NCBI GenBank assembly: GCA_963804165.1
Contig: CAWDPO010000020.1
Location: 27,291-91,290 of the forward strand
DNA length: 64,000 bases
Direction: 5' to 3'
From: an uncultured delta proteobacterium
GTDB taxonomy: Bacteria > Desulfobacterota > Binatia > UBA9968
Shown: in pieces, positions 11,416 to 22,834 of the stretch
Numbering within the stretch: the first letter of the stretch is position 1
Layout: every line of letters begins with the position of its first letter
Position numbers and translations under genes: made by a program
The notes under the pieces: model-generated
Told to the model about the DNA's origin: nothing
The model's input: only the letters and a program-made list of their open reading frames with translations
Database searches by the model: none

Positions 11416-11621
11416 TTTGAATCACTGTGGGTCTCATTCCCCGCAGCTTGCTGCATGGAGAACTCTTCCAGACCTCTTCACGTCCGTCATTCCCGAATGC
11501 TTCTATTGGGAATCCAGGCGAGCCCGGAACTGGCCCCCCGATTGAAACATTCGGGGGTGGCGTCTTTGGGATAAAGGCTCGACCGTTCTGATACCCGCAG
11601 CTTGCTGCGGCGTAGTTCATT
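11416..11621 (+). repeat. MITE/REPIN-like element, copy A
   Basis: Similar to 39525-39746 and (inverted) 44956-45230; hairpin ends CCCGCAGCTTGCTGC(GG); internal GTCATTCCCGAATG REP. Confidence 0.85.
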
Positions 11622-11811
11622 CCTCTTCTCCTAATTTTGCATACCTGACATTTCTGGCGGGCTATGCCCGTGTTGTGCTATAAGGGACAATATCGGGGGA
11701 TTTATTTATTAAAACCGCACTCCCTTTTAAGACCGTCCGGGTCAATATCGTCGAACGAGCGCGCGTCGCAACTCAGCCAGTGTTTCCCCCGCCCTTATTT
11801 ATTCTGCGATC

Positions 11812-12477
11812 GTGAAACTCTCCGAAGGAAGTCCCAATGACTTTACCTGGGCCAGGGAACGAATGGTTCAGGAGCAGATTGTCGGGCGTGGCATCAGCGA
11901 TGCCCGGGTGCTTGCCGCCTTGCGGAGGATTCCGCGGCATTTGTTCGTCGATCCAGGGATCGTCAATCGGGCGTACGATGACAGCGCTTTGCCCATCGGC
12001 GAGAAGCAAACATTGTCGCAGCCCTACATGACGGCGCGTATGACTGAAGCACTTGCTCTGACCGGCGCCGAAAAAGTGCTTGAGGTCGGCACAGGCTCAG
12101 GCTACCAAACCGCGCTGCTTGCCGAGCTTTGTTTCAATGTCTTTTCCGTCGAAAGAATTCGGGTCCTCTCGCGCAAAGCGCGAACCTTGTTGGATCAACT
12201 TAAATATCAAAATATCGCGCTACACGTTGGTGACGGCACGATCGGCTGGTCGGAGCACGGGCCCTATGATGCGATCATCATCAGTGCGGGATCGCCATCC
12301 ATGCCCAAGCCGCTCCTTGAGCAGCTGGCTTTGTGGGGTCGCTTGGTGATTCCGGTCGGTGACGAACAGAACCAGACGCTTTTGCGCGTGATCCGCACGC
12401 GATCCGGGTTTGAGCAAGAGCAGCTCGGTGAGTGCAAATTTGTCAAGCTATTCGGTAAATATGGTTGGCGGGATTGA
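11812..12477 (+). CDS. pcm: Protein-L-isoaspartate O-methyltransferase
   Basis: RAYDDSALPIG.KQT.SQPY, VLEVGTGSGYQTA, GDG..GW, PYDAII. Confidence 0.95.
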   Translation: MKLSEGSPNDFTWARERMVQEQIVGRGISDARVLAALRRIPRHLFVDPGIVNRAYDDSALPIGEKQTLSQPYMTARMTEALALTGAEKVLEVGTGSGYQTALLAELCFNVFSVERIRVLSRKARTLLDQLKYQNIALHVGDGTIGWSEHGPYDAIIISAGSPSMPKPLLEQLALWGRLVIPVGDEQNQTLLRVIRTRSGFEQEQLGECKFVKLFGKYGWRD

Positions 12478-12573
12478 GGGGGCAGCGAACGCCTTGCTCC
12501 AGCGATTATCCGGCTAGGCGAATCCAGCGCAGGCTACTTTCCTCCTGCATGGGCCGGTGCCGCAGCTTGACCG

Positions 12574-13329
12574 ATGAAATTCCACTTCGGAGTGATTTTC
12601 GGACTCAGTCTCTCATTGCCGCTGCTGTCAAGTTGCGCTCCCCGAATGGCGACTCAGCGACCACATGTTCCACGGCAGTCTCAAGGGATTTATCACGTCG
12701 TGAAGCCGGGCGAAAACCTCTTTCGGATAAGCAAGGCATACGATGTGCCGCTCGAAGAGTTGGCGCGCATCAACGCCATCCGAGACCCAGGCCACATTCG
12801 CGTCGGACAACGTATATTGATTCCTGGCGCGACTCGACCGCTGCCGGTTGAAACCATCACGCCCACCGAGGACGTGTCGGTGACACGAAGCACCGCGCCG
12901 ACGCCGGATCAAACCTATGACGCGCTGCTGGCGCCCGTAAACGGTACAATCAATTCCGGTTTCGGTCCCAGGAATGGGAGCTTTCACGACGGTGTCGACA
13001 TTGGGGCGCCGGAAGGTACGCCGATTGTTGCGGTGGCACAGGGCGAGGTGGTTTACAGCGATCAACTGCGCGGCTATGGAAACATGGTGATCGTTCGCCA
13101 TGCCGGTGGGATCGTGTCGGTTTATGCGCATAACCAGATCAACTTGGTGCGCGAAGGCCAGCAGGTCGCGCGCGGCGAAGTGATTGCCAAGGTCGGCAGC
13201 ACAGGCCGGGTTAGCGGCCCGCACTTGCATTTCGAGCTCCGCAAGAACAACGCGGCGCAGGATCCAATGCTCTATTTGCCGCAGTTGTGCTGCCCGCCGG
13301 CATCCGATAATCTGACGCCGAAAGATTAA
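12574..13329 (+). CDS. nlpD: LysM + M23 peptidase lipoprotein (NlpD-like)
   Basis: Lipobox LSSC, LysM (YHVVKPGENLFRIS), M23 motifs HDGVD and HLHFE. Confidence 0.85.
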   Translation: MKFHFGVIFGLSLSLPLLSSCAPRMATQRPHVPRQSQGIYHVVKPGENLFRISKAYDVPLEELARINAIRDPGHIRVGQRILIPGATRPLPVETITPTEDVSVTRSTAPTPDQTYDALLAPVNGTINSGFGPRNGSFHDGVDIGAPEGTPIVAVAQGEVVYSDQLRGYGNMVIVRHAGGIVSVYAHNQINLVREGQQVARGEVIAKVGSTGRVSGPHLHFELRKNNAAQDPMLYLPQLCCPPASDNLTPKD

Positions 13330-13561
13330 TCGCGCACGCGTGCATGAGCCAGTGACGCCAAAAGAACGGAACTGCTTGGTCGTCGGTTGCGTCCGGCCAA
13401 TGAAGGATCTGTGGTGGGCAGTTAGCGCGGTGAAGACGAACGGAAACCAAAACCTGAAGCTGTCGTCGAATCCGCCTCGCAGCTGAGGCGGCTAGCGCCC
13501 GCTAGACTCGGAATTTCGAATCTCAAATTTCATAATATTGCAGGAGAGAAGGCGAACGAAG

Positions 13562-14098
13562 ATGAGTAATGATAATGCGATTATCCGCCAGGCGATTCGC
13601 GACATTCCAAACTTTCCAAAGCCGGGAATCATCTTCAAAGACATCACGCCGCTATTAGCCAACGGGGCGCTGTTTGCCAAAACCATCGATCTTCTAGCCG
13701 GTCGCTATGACGGCCAAAAGATCGACACTGTGCTCGGCATTGAATCGCGCGGCTTTATCATCGGAGCGGCGCTGGCCTATCGATTGGGCGCCGGCTTCAG
13801 CGTCGTGCGGAAGCCGGGAAAATTGCCTTACGAAACCCATAGCGAGAGCTACGAGCTGGAATACGGCACGGACAAGCTGGAAATCCATGTCGACGCGATT
13901 TCCCCTAACGCCCGGGTCATCATTGCCGACGACCTAATCGCCACCGGTGGCACCGCCGCGGCGACTGCCGCGTTGGTGACCAAGCTCGGCGCCACGGTGG
14001 TCGAGTGCGCATTTGTGATCGAGCTTTCTTTCCTCAATGGCCGCCAGAAACTGAAACCCTATGCGGTCTATTCGATCGTGCAGTACGACGCGGAATAG
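13562..14098 (+). CDS. apt: Adenine phosphoribosyltransferase
   Basis: IPNFPKPGIIFKDITPLL, ESRGF, RKPGKLP, LEYGTD, DDLIATGGT. Confidence 0.97.
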   Translation: MSNDNAIIRQAIRDIPNFPKPGIIFKDITPLLANGALFAKTIDLLAGRYDGQKIDTVLGIESRGFIIGAALAYRLGAGFSVVRKPGKLPYETHSESYELEYGTDKLEIHVDAISPNARVIIADDLIATGGTAAATAALVTKLGATVVECAFVIELSFLNGRQKLKPYAVYSIVQYDAE

Positions 14099-14250
14099 CC
14101 TGTAATTACAGCGATGTTTTTGCGTTTCCTCTTCCTTGACATCCCCCGGCAATGTTCTATAAGTGAGAGTGAAAGTGGAAACTGACCCATCGTGATGAGG
14201 CTTTCCGCTTCAAACCATGCTGCGCGCCGCAGCTCACATTGAAATAACTC

Positions 14251-14820
14251 ATGAAACGCATCGAAGAAATGTCTCTTTGGGAACGGCTCTATTTCCCGGA
14301 GGTCATTCGCGGCCTGACGGTTACAGGCTATCGATTCTGGCGCAACTTGGGAATTCACATCTTGCAAATGTTCGGCTTGGCGCAAAACGCCTCGGCGGCC
14401 ATTACCGTGCAATACCCCGAAGAGCGCTTGCCCTATCCGGATACGTTTCGCGGCCGACACAGACTTACGCTCAAGGATGACGGTTCGGTACAGTGCACGG
14501 CGTGCTTTCTTTGCGCGACGGCATGTCCAGCCGAATGCATCTACATCGAAGCCGGCGAGTATCCGGACAAGTCGGTGGAAAAATTTCCGATTCGCTACGA
14601 TATCGACACGCTGCGTTGCATTTATTGCGGCTATTGTGTCGAAGCCTGCCCGTGCGACGCCATTCGCATGGACTCCGGAACGCATCCGGGCAACCTCGGT
14701 TTCGGTCGAAAAGAATTCGTCGAGACTAAAGAGGTTTTAATGAAACGCTCCGAGGATCTCGCGGAGAAGGGAAAAGAAGGCCTCTATGAAGAATACGTCA
14801 AACCGTACCGTCACGTCTAA
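14251..14820 (+). CDS. nuoI: NADH-quinone oxidoreductase subunit I (2x[4Fe-4S]), stand-alone
   Basis: TVQYPEE, FRGRH, CTACFLCATACP, CIYCGYCVEACPCDAI. Confidence 0.9.
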   Translation: MKRIEEMSLWERLYFPEVIRGLTVTGYRFWRNLGIHILQMFGLAQNASAAITVQYPEERLPYPDTFRGRHRLTLKDDGSVQCTACFLCATACPAECIYIEAGEYPDKSVEKFPIRYDIDTLRCIYCGYCVEACPCDAIRMDSGTHPGNLGFGRKEFVETKEVLMKRSEDLAEKGKEGLYEEYVKPYRHV

Positions 14821-16806
<1,986 letters not shown>

Positions 16807-16923
16807 ACGTCTTTCTAGTTCGGAATTTCTACTCGACTGGCTGGCTCGATGCCGGCCAGTTTAATTTTTGCGTCCAGGATCACCCCCGCCGGCAGCATGA
16901 TGCCGAGGCGCGGCGCGAATCTC

Positions 16924-17550
16924 ATGCGGATCTTAATCTACGGTTTCGGTCCCTATCGCCAGTTCCGCGAAAATATCACGGCAAAAATTATCGACGCGTT
17001 GCCGCGGCGCGCGGGGCTTAAGAAGCTTGTCTTCCCGGTCAGGTTTCAGCGCGCGCCATTCGTTCGAGCCTTGAAGCAGCATCATCCGGACATCGTCGTC
17101 GGTCTCGGACAGAGTTCGCGGCGGGCAATTGAAATTGAAACTAGGGCAGTCAACCGTCGAAGCGTCAGGACACCGGAAAAACTAAGACCTATCTTTACCA
17201 GGGAAAACAAACAACTGGCGACGACTCTAAACTTGAAAGGCCGTTGGGCGAAAATATCGAAGGACGCTGGTGATTACGTCTGTAACTATTCGATGTACGT
17301 GATGTTGCGTGAAATTGTCCGCGAAAACTTAAATGTCTCGTTCGGGTTTATTCACATACCGCACGATTACAACGAACGCACAGCGCAACGATTCATCGAA
17401 GGAGTACTGCGCCAGTGTTACCGATCAGGGGCGGTAAGAATAACCCACCGTGCGACCAAAGTTTCCTCGCGCGGCACGAAGGTGCTTTCCCCACCGGGCC
17501 GGTCAAGGTCGCGCACAGGCTTTGCTCAATCTAACGGGTTAGGCGCCTGA
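16924..17550 (+). CDS. Pyroglutamyl-peptidase I (C15) family protein
   Basis: [10 protein letters not shown] (IETRAVN), [14 protein letters not shown] catalytic triad. Confidence 0.8.
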   Translation: MRILIYGFGPYRQFRENITAKIIDALPRRAGLKKLVFPVRFQRAPFVRALKQHHPDIVVGLGQSSRRAIEIETRAVNRRSVRTPEKLRPIFTRENKQLATTLNLKGRWAKISKDAGDYVCNYSMYVMLREIVRENLNVSFGFIHIPHDYNERTAQRFIEGVLRQCYRSGAVRITHRATKVSSRGTKVLSPPGRSRSRTGFAQSNGLGA

Positions 17551-18400
17551 GTGCCTCAAGATATTTTTCCTGGGTTTTCTTGACGATCTCCGGCGGTAGC
17601 GCAGGTGGCGGCGATTTCATATCCCACGGGAGGTTGAGCAAATAGTCGCGCACGAACTGCTTGTCGAAACTATCGGGAGTTTTTCCCGGCGTGTATCCGT
17701 CCGCCGGCCAAAAGCGCGACGAATCGGGAGTCAGCACCTCGTCGATCAGGAGGATGCTATCCCCTTCGATACCGAATTCGAGCTTGGTGTCGGCGATGAT
17801 GATCCCTTTTTTTTCCGCCAGATCGCGCGCCCGGCAATAAATCGCGATGGTCGCGTCGCGCATCTTTTCGGCTCGTTGCCGGCCGATTTTACCGATCATA
17901 TCGTCGAACGTAATGTTGACGTCGTGGGCGCCCACCGGTGCTTTGGTCGACGGAGTAAATATGGGTTCAGCGAGTCGCGATGCTTCCATCAGTCCATTTG
18001 ACAGCGATATGCCGCACACCGAGCCGGTCTGTTGGTAATCTTTCCAGCCCGAGCCGGCCAGATAACCGCGGACGATGCATTCCGCCGGCGCCGGCAGGCT
18101 TTTTTTGACGAGCATCGATCGGCCCTCCAACGCGGCTTTGTGTGGCTGGCAGACGGCCGGAAATTCTTCGACACGAGTCGTGATGAGGTGATGGGGCACG
18201 ATACCTTTGACGATGCCGAACCAGAATTCAGACATCGCCGTCAGAATTTTGCCTTTATCGGGGATCAGCGTGGGCAGGATCACGTCGAAGGCAGAGATGC
18301 GATCGCTGGCGACTAACAAGAGCTTGTCGTCTAAATCATAAATGTCACGGACTTTCCCGCGGTTGAATAACTTCAGCCCGGACAGGGTTTCGTCAGTCAT
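17531..18400 (-). CDS. purC: SAICAR synthetase
   Basis: [53 protein letters not shown]. Confidence 0.98.
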   Translation of the reverse strand: MTDETLSGLKLFNRGKVRDIYDLDDKLLLVASDRISAFDVILPTLIPDKGKILTAMSEFWFGIVKGIVPHHLITTRVEEFPAVCQPHKAALEGRSMLVKKSLPAPAECIVRGYLAGSGWKDYQQTGSVCGISLSNGLMEASRLAEPIFTPSTKAPVGAHDVNITFDDMIGKIGRQRAEKMRDATIAIYCRARDLAEKKGIIIADTKLEFGIEGDSILLIDEVLTPDSSRFWPADGYTPGKTPDSFDKQFVRDYLLNLPWDMKSPPPALPPEIVKKTQEKYLEALRRLTR

Positions 18401-18546
18401 GTGGTTGAACCTTTCTGCTAAATTCGGCTGTCATGCTTAGCGGCGCGAAGGTCGCATCGAGACAACTTCTATCCACACCATATCGTTCCGATCGTGTCAA
18501 TTTATGAATGTTGAAATCTCAAGATCCGATGGGCGACAATTTAGGA

Positions 18547-18665
18547 AAAAAGGGGCGACGTGAACTTGCCCCGTGGCGTCGATGCACAGGGCAAGTCCGT
18601 TGCAAAGTGACGCGCAGAACGGACAGCGTCGCCGATGGCGGGCGCCTAGACGACGCGGTCTCGGT
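18547..18665 (-). ncRNA. Candidate structured RNA / attenuator upstream of purC
   Basis: GGCGACG/CGTCGCC closing stem followed by U6; internal hairpins TCCGTT/AACGGA and CTTGCCC/GGGCAAG; alternative GCGTCG/CGACGC pairing. Confidence 0.5.
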
Positions 18666-18691
18666 TTGTCAGTAGCAATGATCGAGGGAAC

Positions 18692-18796
18692 TTATTTTTT
18701 CTTTATCTTACTCTTGAGCGATTCCACTCCGATCATCAGAGCAAGAAGACCAAACCCGGAGGCTAGGATCCAAACGAGGGGTTCCCACTTTCCCAT
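18692..18796 (-). CDS. Unannotated 34-aa single-TM small protein MGKWEPLVWILASGFGLLALMIGVESLKSKIKKK
   Basis: AAGGAGGAG RBS 3 nt before ATG; hydrophobic helix plus Lys tail; below the ORF-track length cut-off. Confidence 0.7.
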   Translation of the reverse strand: MGKWEPLVWILASGFGLLALMIGVESLKSKIKKK

Positions 18797-18813
18797 TTTC
18801 TCCTCCTTGCGAA

Positions 18814-18859
18814 AACGGACAGGCCAGCTGATCTCGATGGATCAGCTGGCCTGTCCGTT
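18814..18859. repeat. Perfect 20-bp inverted repeat
   Basis: AACGGACAGGCCAGCTGATC-tcgatg-GATCAGCTGGCCTGTCCGTT. Confidence 0.9.
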
Positions 18860-18919
18860 AGTTAGTCCCTCCGCGATATGCGAAGGTACGACCTAATTTA
18901 CCTGCCCGCTATCTAAAAT

Positions 18920-19015
18920 AAAAAAGCCGGCCTGAAACACGGTTTCTCAGGTCGGCCTATTTCCCAACTGGTTGAGTTCGGTCCACGCCAACCCTTCGGA
19001 AAATCGTCAGACGGT
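18920..19015 (-). promoter_or_regulatory. Structured leader with intrinsic terminator (candidate antitermination element)
   Basis: TTTTCCGA/TTGGGAAA and GGTTG/CAACC stems, then GCCGACCTGAGAAAC/GTTTCAGGCCGGC hairpin followed by TTTTTT. Confidence 0.65.
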
Positions 19016-19019
19016 TGTT

Positions 19020-19048
19020 TTTATAAAAATTACCGGCGCAAATGTCAA
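19020..19048 (-). promoter_or_regulatory. Sigma70 promoter overlapping the DUF2294 stop codon
   Basis: TTGACA-17 nt-TATAAA on the minus strand. Confidence 0.75.
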
Positions 19049-19428
19049 GACTCCTTTCGACGCGCCAATAGCTTCTCGAGATTGGTTTCCAACGTGAAAA
19101 CAAACACCCGCTCTCCTGAAGCGGTGCTGATGTCGGTATGCAAGTCCAAGATCTTCACGCCGGAAATGTCGCCGACGACCTGATCGAGAAGCGGCCGCGC
19201 TTTTTCGATGAGGATCGCGCGCATCTTCTTAACCAGCTCACCGCCATCGGTGGTCTTTGTCAGTTGTTCCTCGGCCGGGGTCAAAACACCTTTGAGCCTG
19301 ACGACGAGCATGTCTTCGATGATGTGGGCGCGCGCTTCTTTTGGGCCGCGCCCCATGTAATCGATTTCAAATTGGACGAGGGCGCGGCTGATTTCCGCTT
19401 CGATTTCACCTTTGGTTTTCATGCGCAA
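19045..19428 (-). CDS. DUF2294 / MpsC-family protein
   Basis: KTKGEIEAEIS...YMGRGP...RLKGVLTPAEEQL...LHTDISTASGERVFVFTL. Confidence 0.88.
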   Translation of the reverse strand: MRMKTKGEIEAEISRALVQFEIDYMGRGPKEARAHIIEDMLVVRLKGVLTPAEEQLTKTTDGGELVKKMRAILIEKARPLLDQVVGDISGVKILDLHTDISTASGERVFVFTLETNLEKLLARRKES

Positions 19429-19483
19429 GCAGTGCGCTGCGAGAACGCGCCGGAGCTACGGCCGTCCGGCGCGAGATGATCAT

Positions 19484-19831
19484 TCAAAGAATTGCTTTGA
19501 CTTCGGCTTCGTTGAAGCCCGTGAGCTTCTGCTTGCCCTTGATGATGACGGGGCGTTTGAGCAAATTGGCGTCCTTGAGCATAAGCTTGATTGCCTCGTC
19601 TTTGGAGGGCGGCTTTTGCTTCATGTTTCTTTCCCGATAAAGCGGCGTTCGGGTATTGAGAAAACGCTCGATCGGCTCTTCGCCGATCAGGTCGCGCAGC
19701 TCTTTTTCTGTGAAGGGACTTTTGCCGTATTCGCGCTCTGCGAAATCGATTTTTCTTGATTGCAAGAAACTTCTTGCTTTGCGGCAAGTCGTTCACGTCG
19801 CCTTATAGATAAATTTGACCTTGTCTGCCAT
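19484..19831 (-). CDS. ArsC/Spx-family thioredoxin-fold protein, probable selenoprotein (UxxC)
   Basis: MADKVKFIYKAT-TGA-TTCRKARSFL...LLKRPVII...LTGFNE; in-frame TGA at 19793-19795 in the first-Cys position. Confidence 0.85.
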
Positions 19832-19843
19832 TGGGGCGCCCTT

Positions 19844-21226
19844 TTACTTAAAGAATTTGGCGACCCGCTCGAACGCCGCCGACTCGATTTCGTTGCGCAC
19901 CGGCCATTCGGCTTTCGAATTCAACGGTATCGTGGCATCGATGATCGCGACGGTGTCGCCCAGCCAGCCGCGAAAGCTCTGCACTTCGCGGATGATCTCG
20001 ATATCCTTGTCCCAATGCACGCGGGTGGCAACCGCCCACATTACTTCGCGTTCATTGAAGACGTCGACATCCTCGTCGACGACGACCGCGAGTTTGAGAT
20101 TCGGCATCTCGACGAACGCCTGCATGCCGGCCTTATTGGGCTCGTTTTCGAATTCTTTTTTGATCGAGATGTAGCAGATGCAGCGGCCGCAGCCCGAGGC
20201 TGGGAGATGAATCGCTTTGATCCCGGGGACATTTTTCCTGATCACGTTGTAAGTGCTGCCCTCTTTGGGAATGCTGCCGAGATTCCAATGATCCATATGG
20301 CCGGGCCAGAAATCTTCGACGATGCCGCCGCGCCGGTGGGTGATTGCGGTAACTTCGATGACCGGCACGTCCATTTTCGGTTGCGCGTAACCGAGAATCT
20401 CGCCGAAGGGGTTTTGCGACTTGCGTTCGCCGGGTAAAATCTCGCCTTCGATGATCACTTCAGCATCCGCCGGAACCATGAATTTATCGCCCCAGGTCGT
20501 CGATGGGGTTAACCGAAGGGGCTCCTTCAAGAACGCCGATGCGGTTAGATAATCGTTGTTCCCCATGGCGGTCATGGCACAGGAGGAGAGATAAAATGCC
20601 GGGTGGTGTCCCAAGATAACGATCACCGGCGCGCGCAGATTCTTTTCCTCGTATTCGCAGGCCATGGCTTCCAGATGGTGATGTTTGTGCGCGGAGAAGC
20701 TCATGTGCTGCGGATCGTGGAATTTGTTTTTCGTGAACGTGATGTCGTAAAAATCGGCGTTCAATCCCTTCATGGCGCAGGTCATCGTGTGATAAGGACC
20801 GGCGTCGCCTTTTTGGTGCATCGGCATCGGCAAGACTCTGAGATCGGCCTTGTCACCGGTGAGTACAACTTCCTTGACGGGCGCTTTTTCAGGCGCAATG
20901 ACTTCGAGCTTGCCTTGCTGTTGTTCGAGCTTGGCGACTTCGAGGCTGACTTCCATCGGCGACTTAATGTCGCCCATATCCAACGAGTCTGCGACGTATT
21001 GTCGCGTCACCCACGGGTTGTAAAACATTGGGAACCCGGATTTCTGGCCGTTTAGGGCTGGAACATTTTCGAATAGAACCATCTTGGGTTCGTTGCGCAC
21101 GTCGAGGTGTTTTAGATAAGCAACGGTTTCGTAATTATTCGCATCGATGAAATTTTTCTCACGAATGACTGAACCTTCTCTCTTTGCGCCTTCCTGGGCG
21201 ATAAAACTCGGTAGATCTTTGGCCAT
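19844..21226 (-). CDS. UbiD-family (prFMN) decarboxylase
   Basis: DLRVLPMP.H...DAGPY, VPADAEVIIEG, PFGE..GY, VVVDEDVDVFN.REVMWA. Confidence 0.9.
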   Translation of the reverse strand: MAKDLPSFIAQEGAKREGSVIREKNFIDANNYETVAYLKHLDVRNEPKMVLFENVPALNGQKSGFPMFYNPWVTRQYVADSLDMGDIKSPMEVSLEVAKLEQQQGKLEVIAPEKAPVKEVVLTGDKADLRVLPMPMHQKGDAGPYHTMTCAMKGLNADFYDITFTKNKFHDPQHMSFSAHKHHHLEAMACEYEEKNLRAPVIVILGHHPAFYLSSCAMTAMGNNDYLTASAFLKEPLRLTPSTTWGDKFMVPADAEVIIEGEILPGERKSQNPFGEILGYAQPKMDVPVIEVTAITHRRGGIVEDFWPGHMDHWNLGSIPKEGSTYNVIRKNVPGIKAIHLPASGCGRCICYISIKKEFENEPNKAGMQAFVEMPNLKLAVVVDEDVDVFNEREVMWAVATRVHWDKDIEIIREVQSFRGWLGDTVAIIDATIPLNSKAEWPVRNEIESAAFERVAKFFK

Positions 21227-21304
21227 GAAAATTCTCCTGTGATTGAATGACTGAAAACGGTATCACACTTTCTTAGTTGAATCGCTTTGTGAGTTCAAGG
21301 GTGC

Positions 21305-22834
21305 CTAACTGCGCATTAGCCCCCTTAGGGCGCGCCATTTGTGGCTCAAGCCGGAGTGACATAACAGGTTGAGGAGATGACGAATTTGCTTCGCTTTCTT
21401 TTCCGTTGCGGGGTACCAGGGGAATTCTTCCTTGAGTCCGAATCGGTCGATGACGATGGTTTTTTGCTGGCAAAACTTGCGGATACCTTCGGCGCCGTGG
21501 CGATAACCGAAACCGCTGTCCTTGATTCCGCCCATGGGCGCGTCGGTAACGATGAAGCTTACTAAACTATCGTTAATGGACACGGAACCACTTTGCAGAC
21601 CCTCGGCGAGACGCCACGCGGCGGCTTTGTCGCGGGAAAAAATGCTGCCGCTCAATCCGTAGCGTGAATCATTTGCCAAGTGCAGCGCCTCGCCGGCGTC
21701 TTCAACCTTGATGATCGGGATCACCGGTCCAAAGGTTTCTTCACTCATAACGGCCATGGAATGATTGACGTCGACAAGGACGGTTGGCTCATAATAGTAG
21801 CCCGCTAAACTTGGGTTGCGGCGGCCGCCAGTGAGCGCCTTTGCTCCGTTGGCAATGGCTTCGTCGACCTGCGCCGCAACTTTTTTTAGTTGTGCTTCCG
21901 AGGCCATACTACCGACATCGACTTCGTCTCTGCTCGGTCCTTGGCGAATCGCGGCAACACAAGCCACGACTTTGTCGACGAATTGTTTATAGACCGGCGC
22001 TTCAACGTAAACCCGCTCGATGGATGTGCAGATTTGGCCGCAGTTCATCAGCGCGCCCCAAACACATGCGCCGGCTGCGCGTTCCAGGTCGGCATCTTTC
22101 AGGATAACCATGGGATCTTTGCCGCCGAGCTCCAATGAAACGGGGATCAAGCGATCCGCCGCTCGCCGCATTACCTGTTTGCCGGTTTCGACACTTCCGG
22201 TAAACGCGATCATGTCGGCGTGGTCGACCAGTGCCTCGCCGGTCGCACCGTAGCCGACGACAACTTGGACGAGATTCTCAGGGAAGCCGGCCCGGAGCGC
22301 GATGTCAGCGCCAAAAATCGCTGAAAGCGGCGTGAGCTCGGAAGGCTTGATGACTACGGCATTTCCCGCCATCAGCGCCGGCAGCGCTTCGCCCAGGGTC
22401 ATTGTCAATGGAAAATTCCACGGACTGATGATGCCGATGACGCCGCGCGGCGCATGGACGGAAACCACTTTTTTAGTTTTGAGCAGAGGAAAATGCGGAC
22501 GAATGTTTTGCGGACGGAGATATCCGGCGCTCTTTTTCGCCCAAGAGCCGATGGCGTCGCAAAGGTAGAAAAGCTCGTTGCCGTAAACTTCGGCGCGCGG
22601 CCTGCCGGTTTCGGCGGTCAATATATCGGCGAGTCTATCGCCTTCATCGAGCAAGAGATCCCGTAACCTGTAAAGCACTCGCGCGCGCTCACGAAAACTG
22701 GTTGTTTGCCAAGCCGCCTGCACTACGCGGGCGCGACCAACGGCGGCGGCGACATCCGGCGTTTGGGCGACCGGCAATTCGGCAACCGTTTCGAGAGTCG
22801 CGGGATTGCGGACGATGATTGTATGAGCGCTCAC
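21305..22834 (-). CDS. Aldehyde dehydrogenase
   Basis: ISPWNFP, FTGS, LELGGKDP, NCGQICTS, EETFGP. Confidence 0.93.
   Translation of the reverse strand: MSAHTIIVRNPATLETVAELPVAQTPDVAAAVGRARVVQAAWQTTSFRERARVLYRLRDLLLDEGDRLADILTAETGRPRAEVYGNELFYLCDAIGSWAKKSAGYLRPQNIRPHFPLLKTKKVVSVHAPRGVIGIISPWNFPLTMTLGEALPALMAGNAVVIKPSELTPLSAIFGADIALRAGFPENLVQVVVGYGATGEALVDHADMIAFTGSVETGKQVMRRAADRLIPVSLELGGKDPMVILKDADLERAAGACVWGALMNCGQICTSIERVYVEAPVYKQFVDKVVACVAAIRQGPSRDEVDVGSMASEAQLKKVAAQVDEAIANGAKALTGGRRNPSLAGYYYEPTVLVDVNHSMAVMSEETFGPVIPIIKVEDAGEALHLANDSRYGLSGSIFSRDKAAAWRLAEGLQSGSVSINDSLVSFIVTDAPMGGIKDSGFGYRHGAEGIRKFCQQKTIVIDRFGLKEEFPWYPATEKKAKQIRHLLNLLCHSGLSHKWRALRGLMRS

Noticed and set aside
11405-11620. 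Short ORFs over repeats (11405-11620, 43380-43661, 44928-45214, 48592-48987)
   Set aside because: Spurious translations of REP/MITE sequence.
13330-13560. Possible riboswitch upstream of apt
   Set aside because: Only a simple CCGCCTC/GAGGCGG hairpin is visible; no purine-aptamer core.
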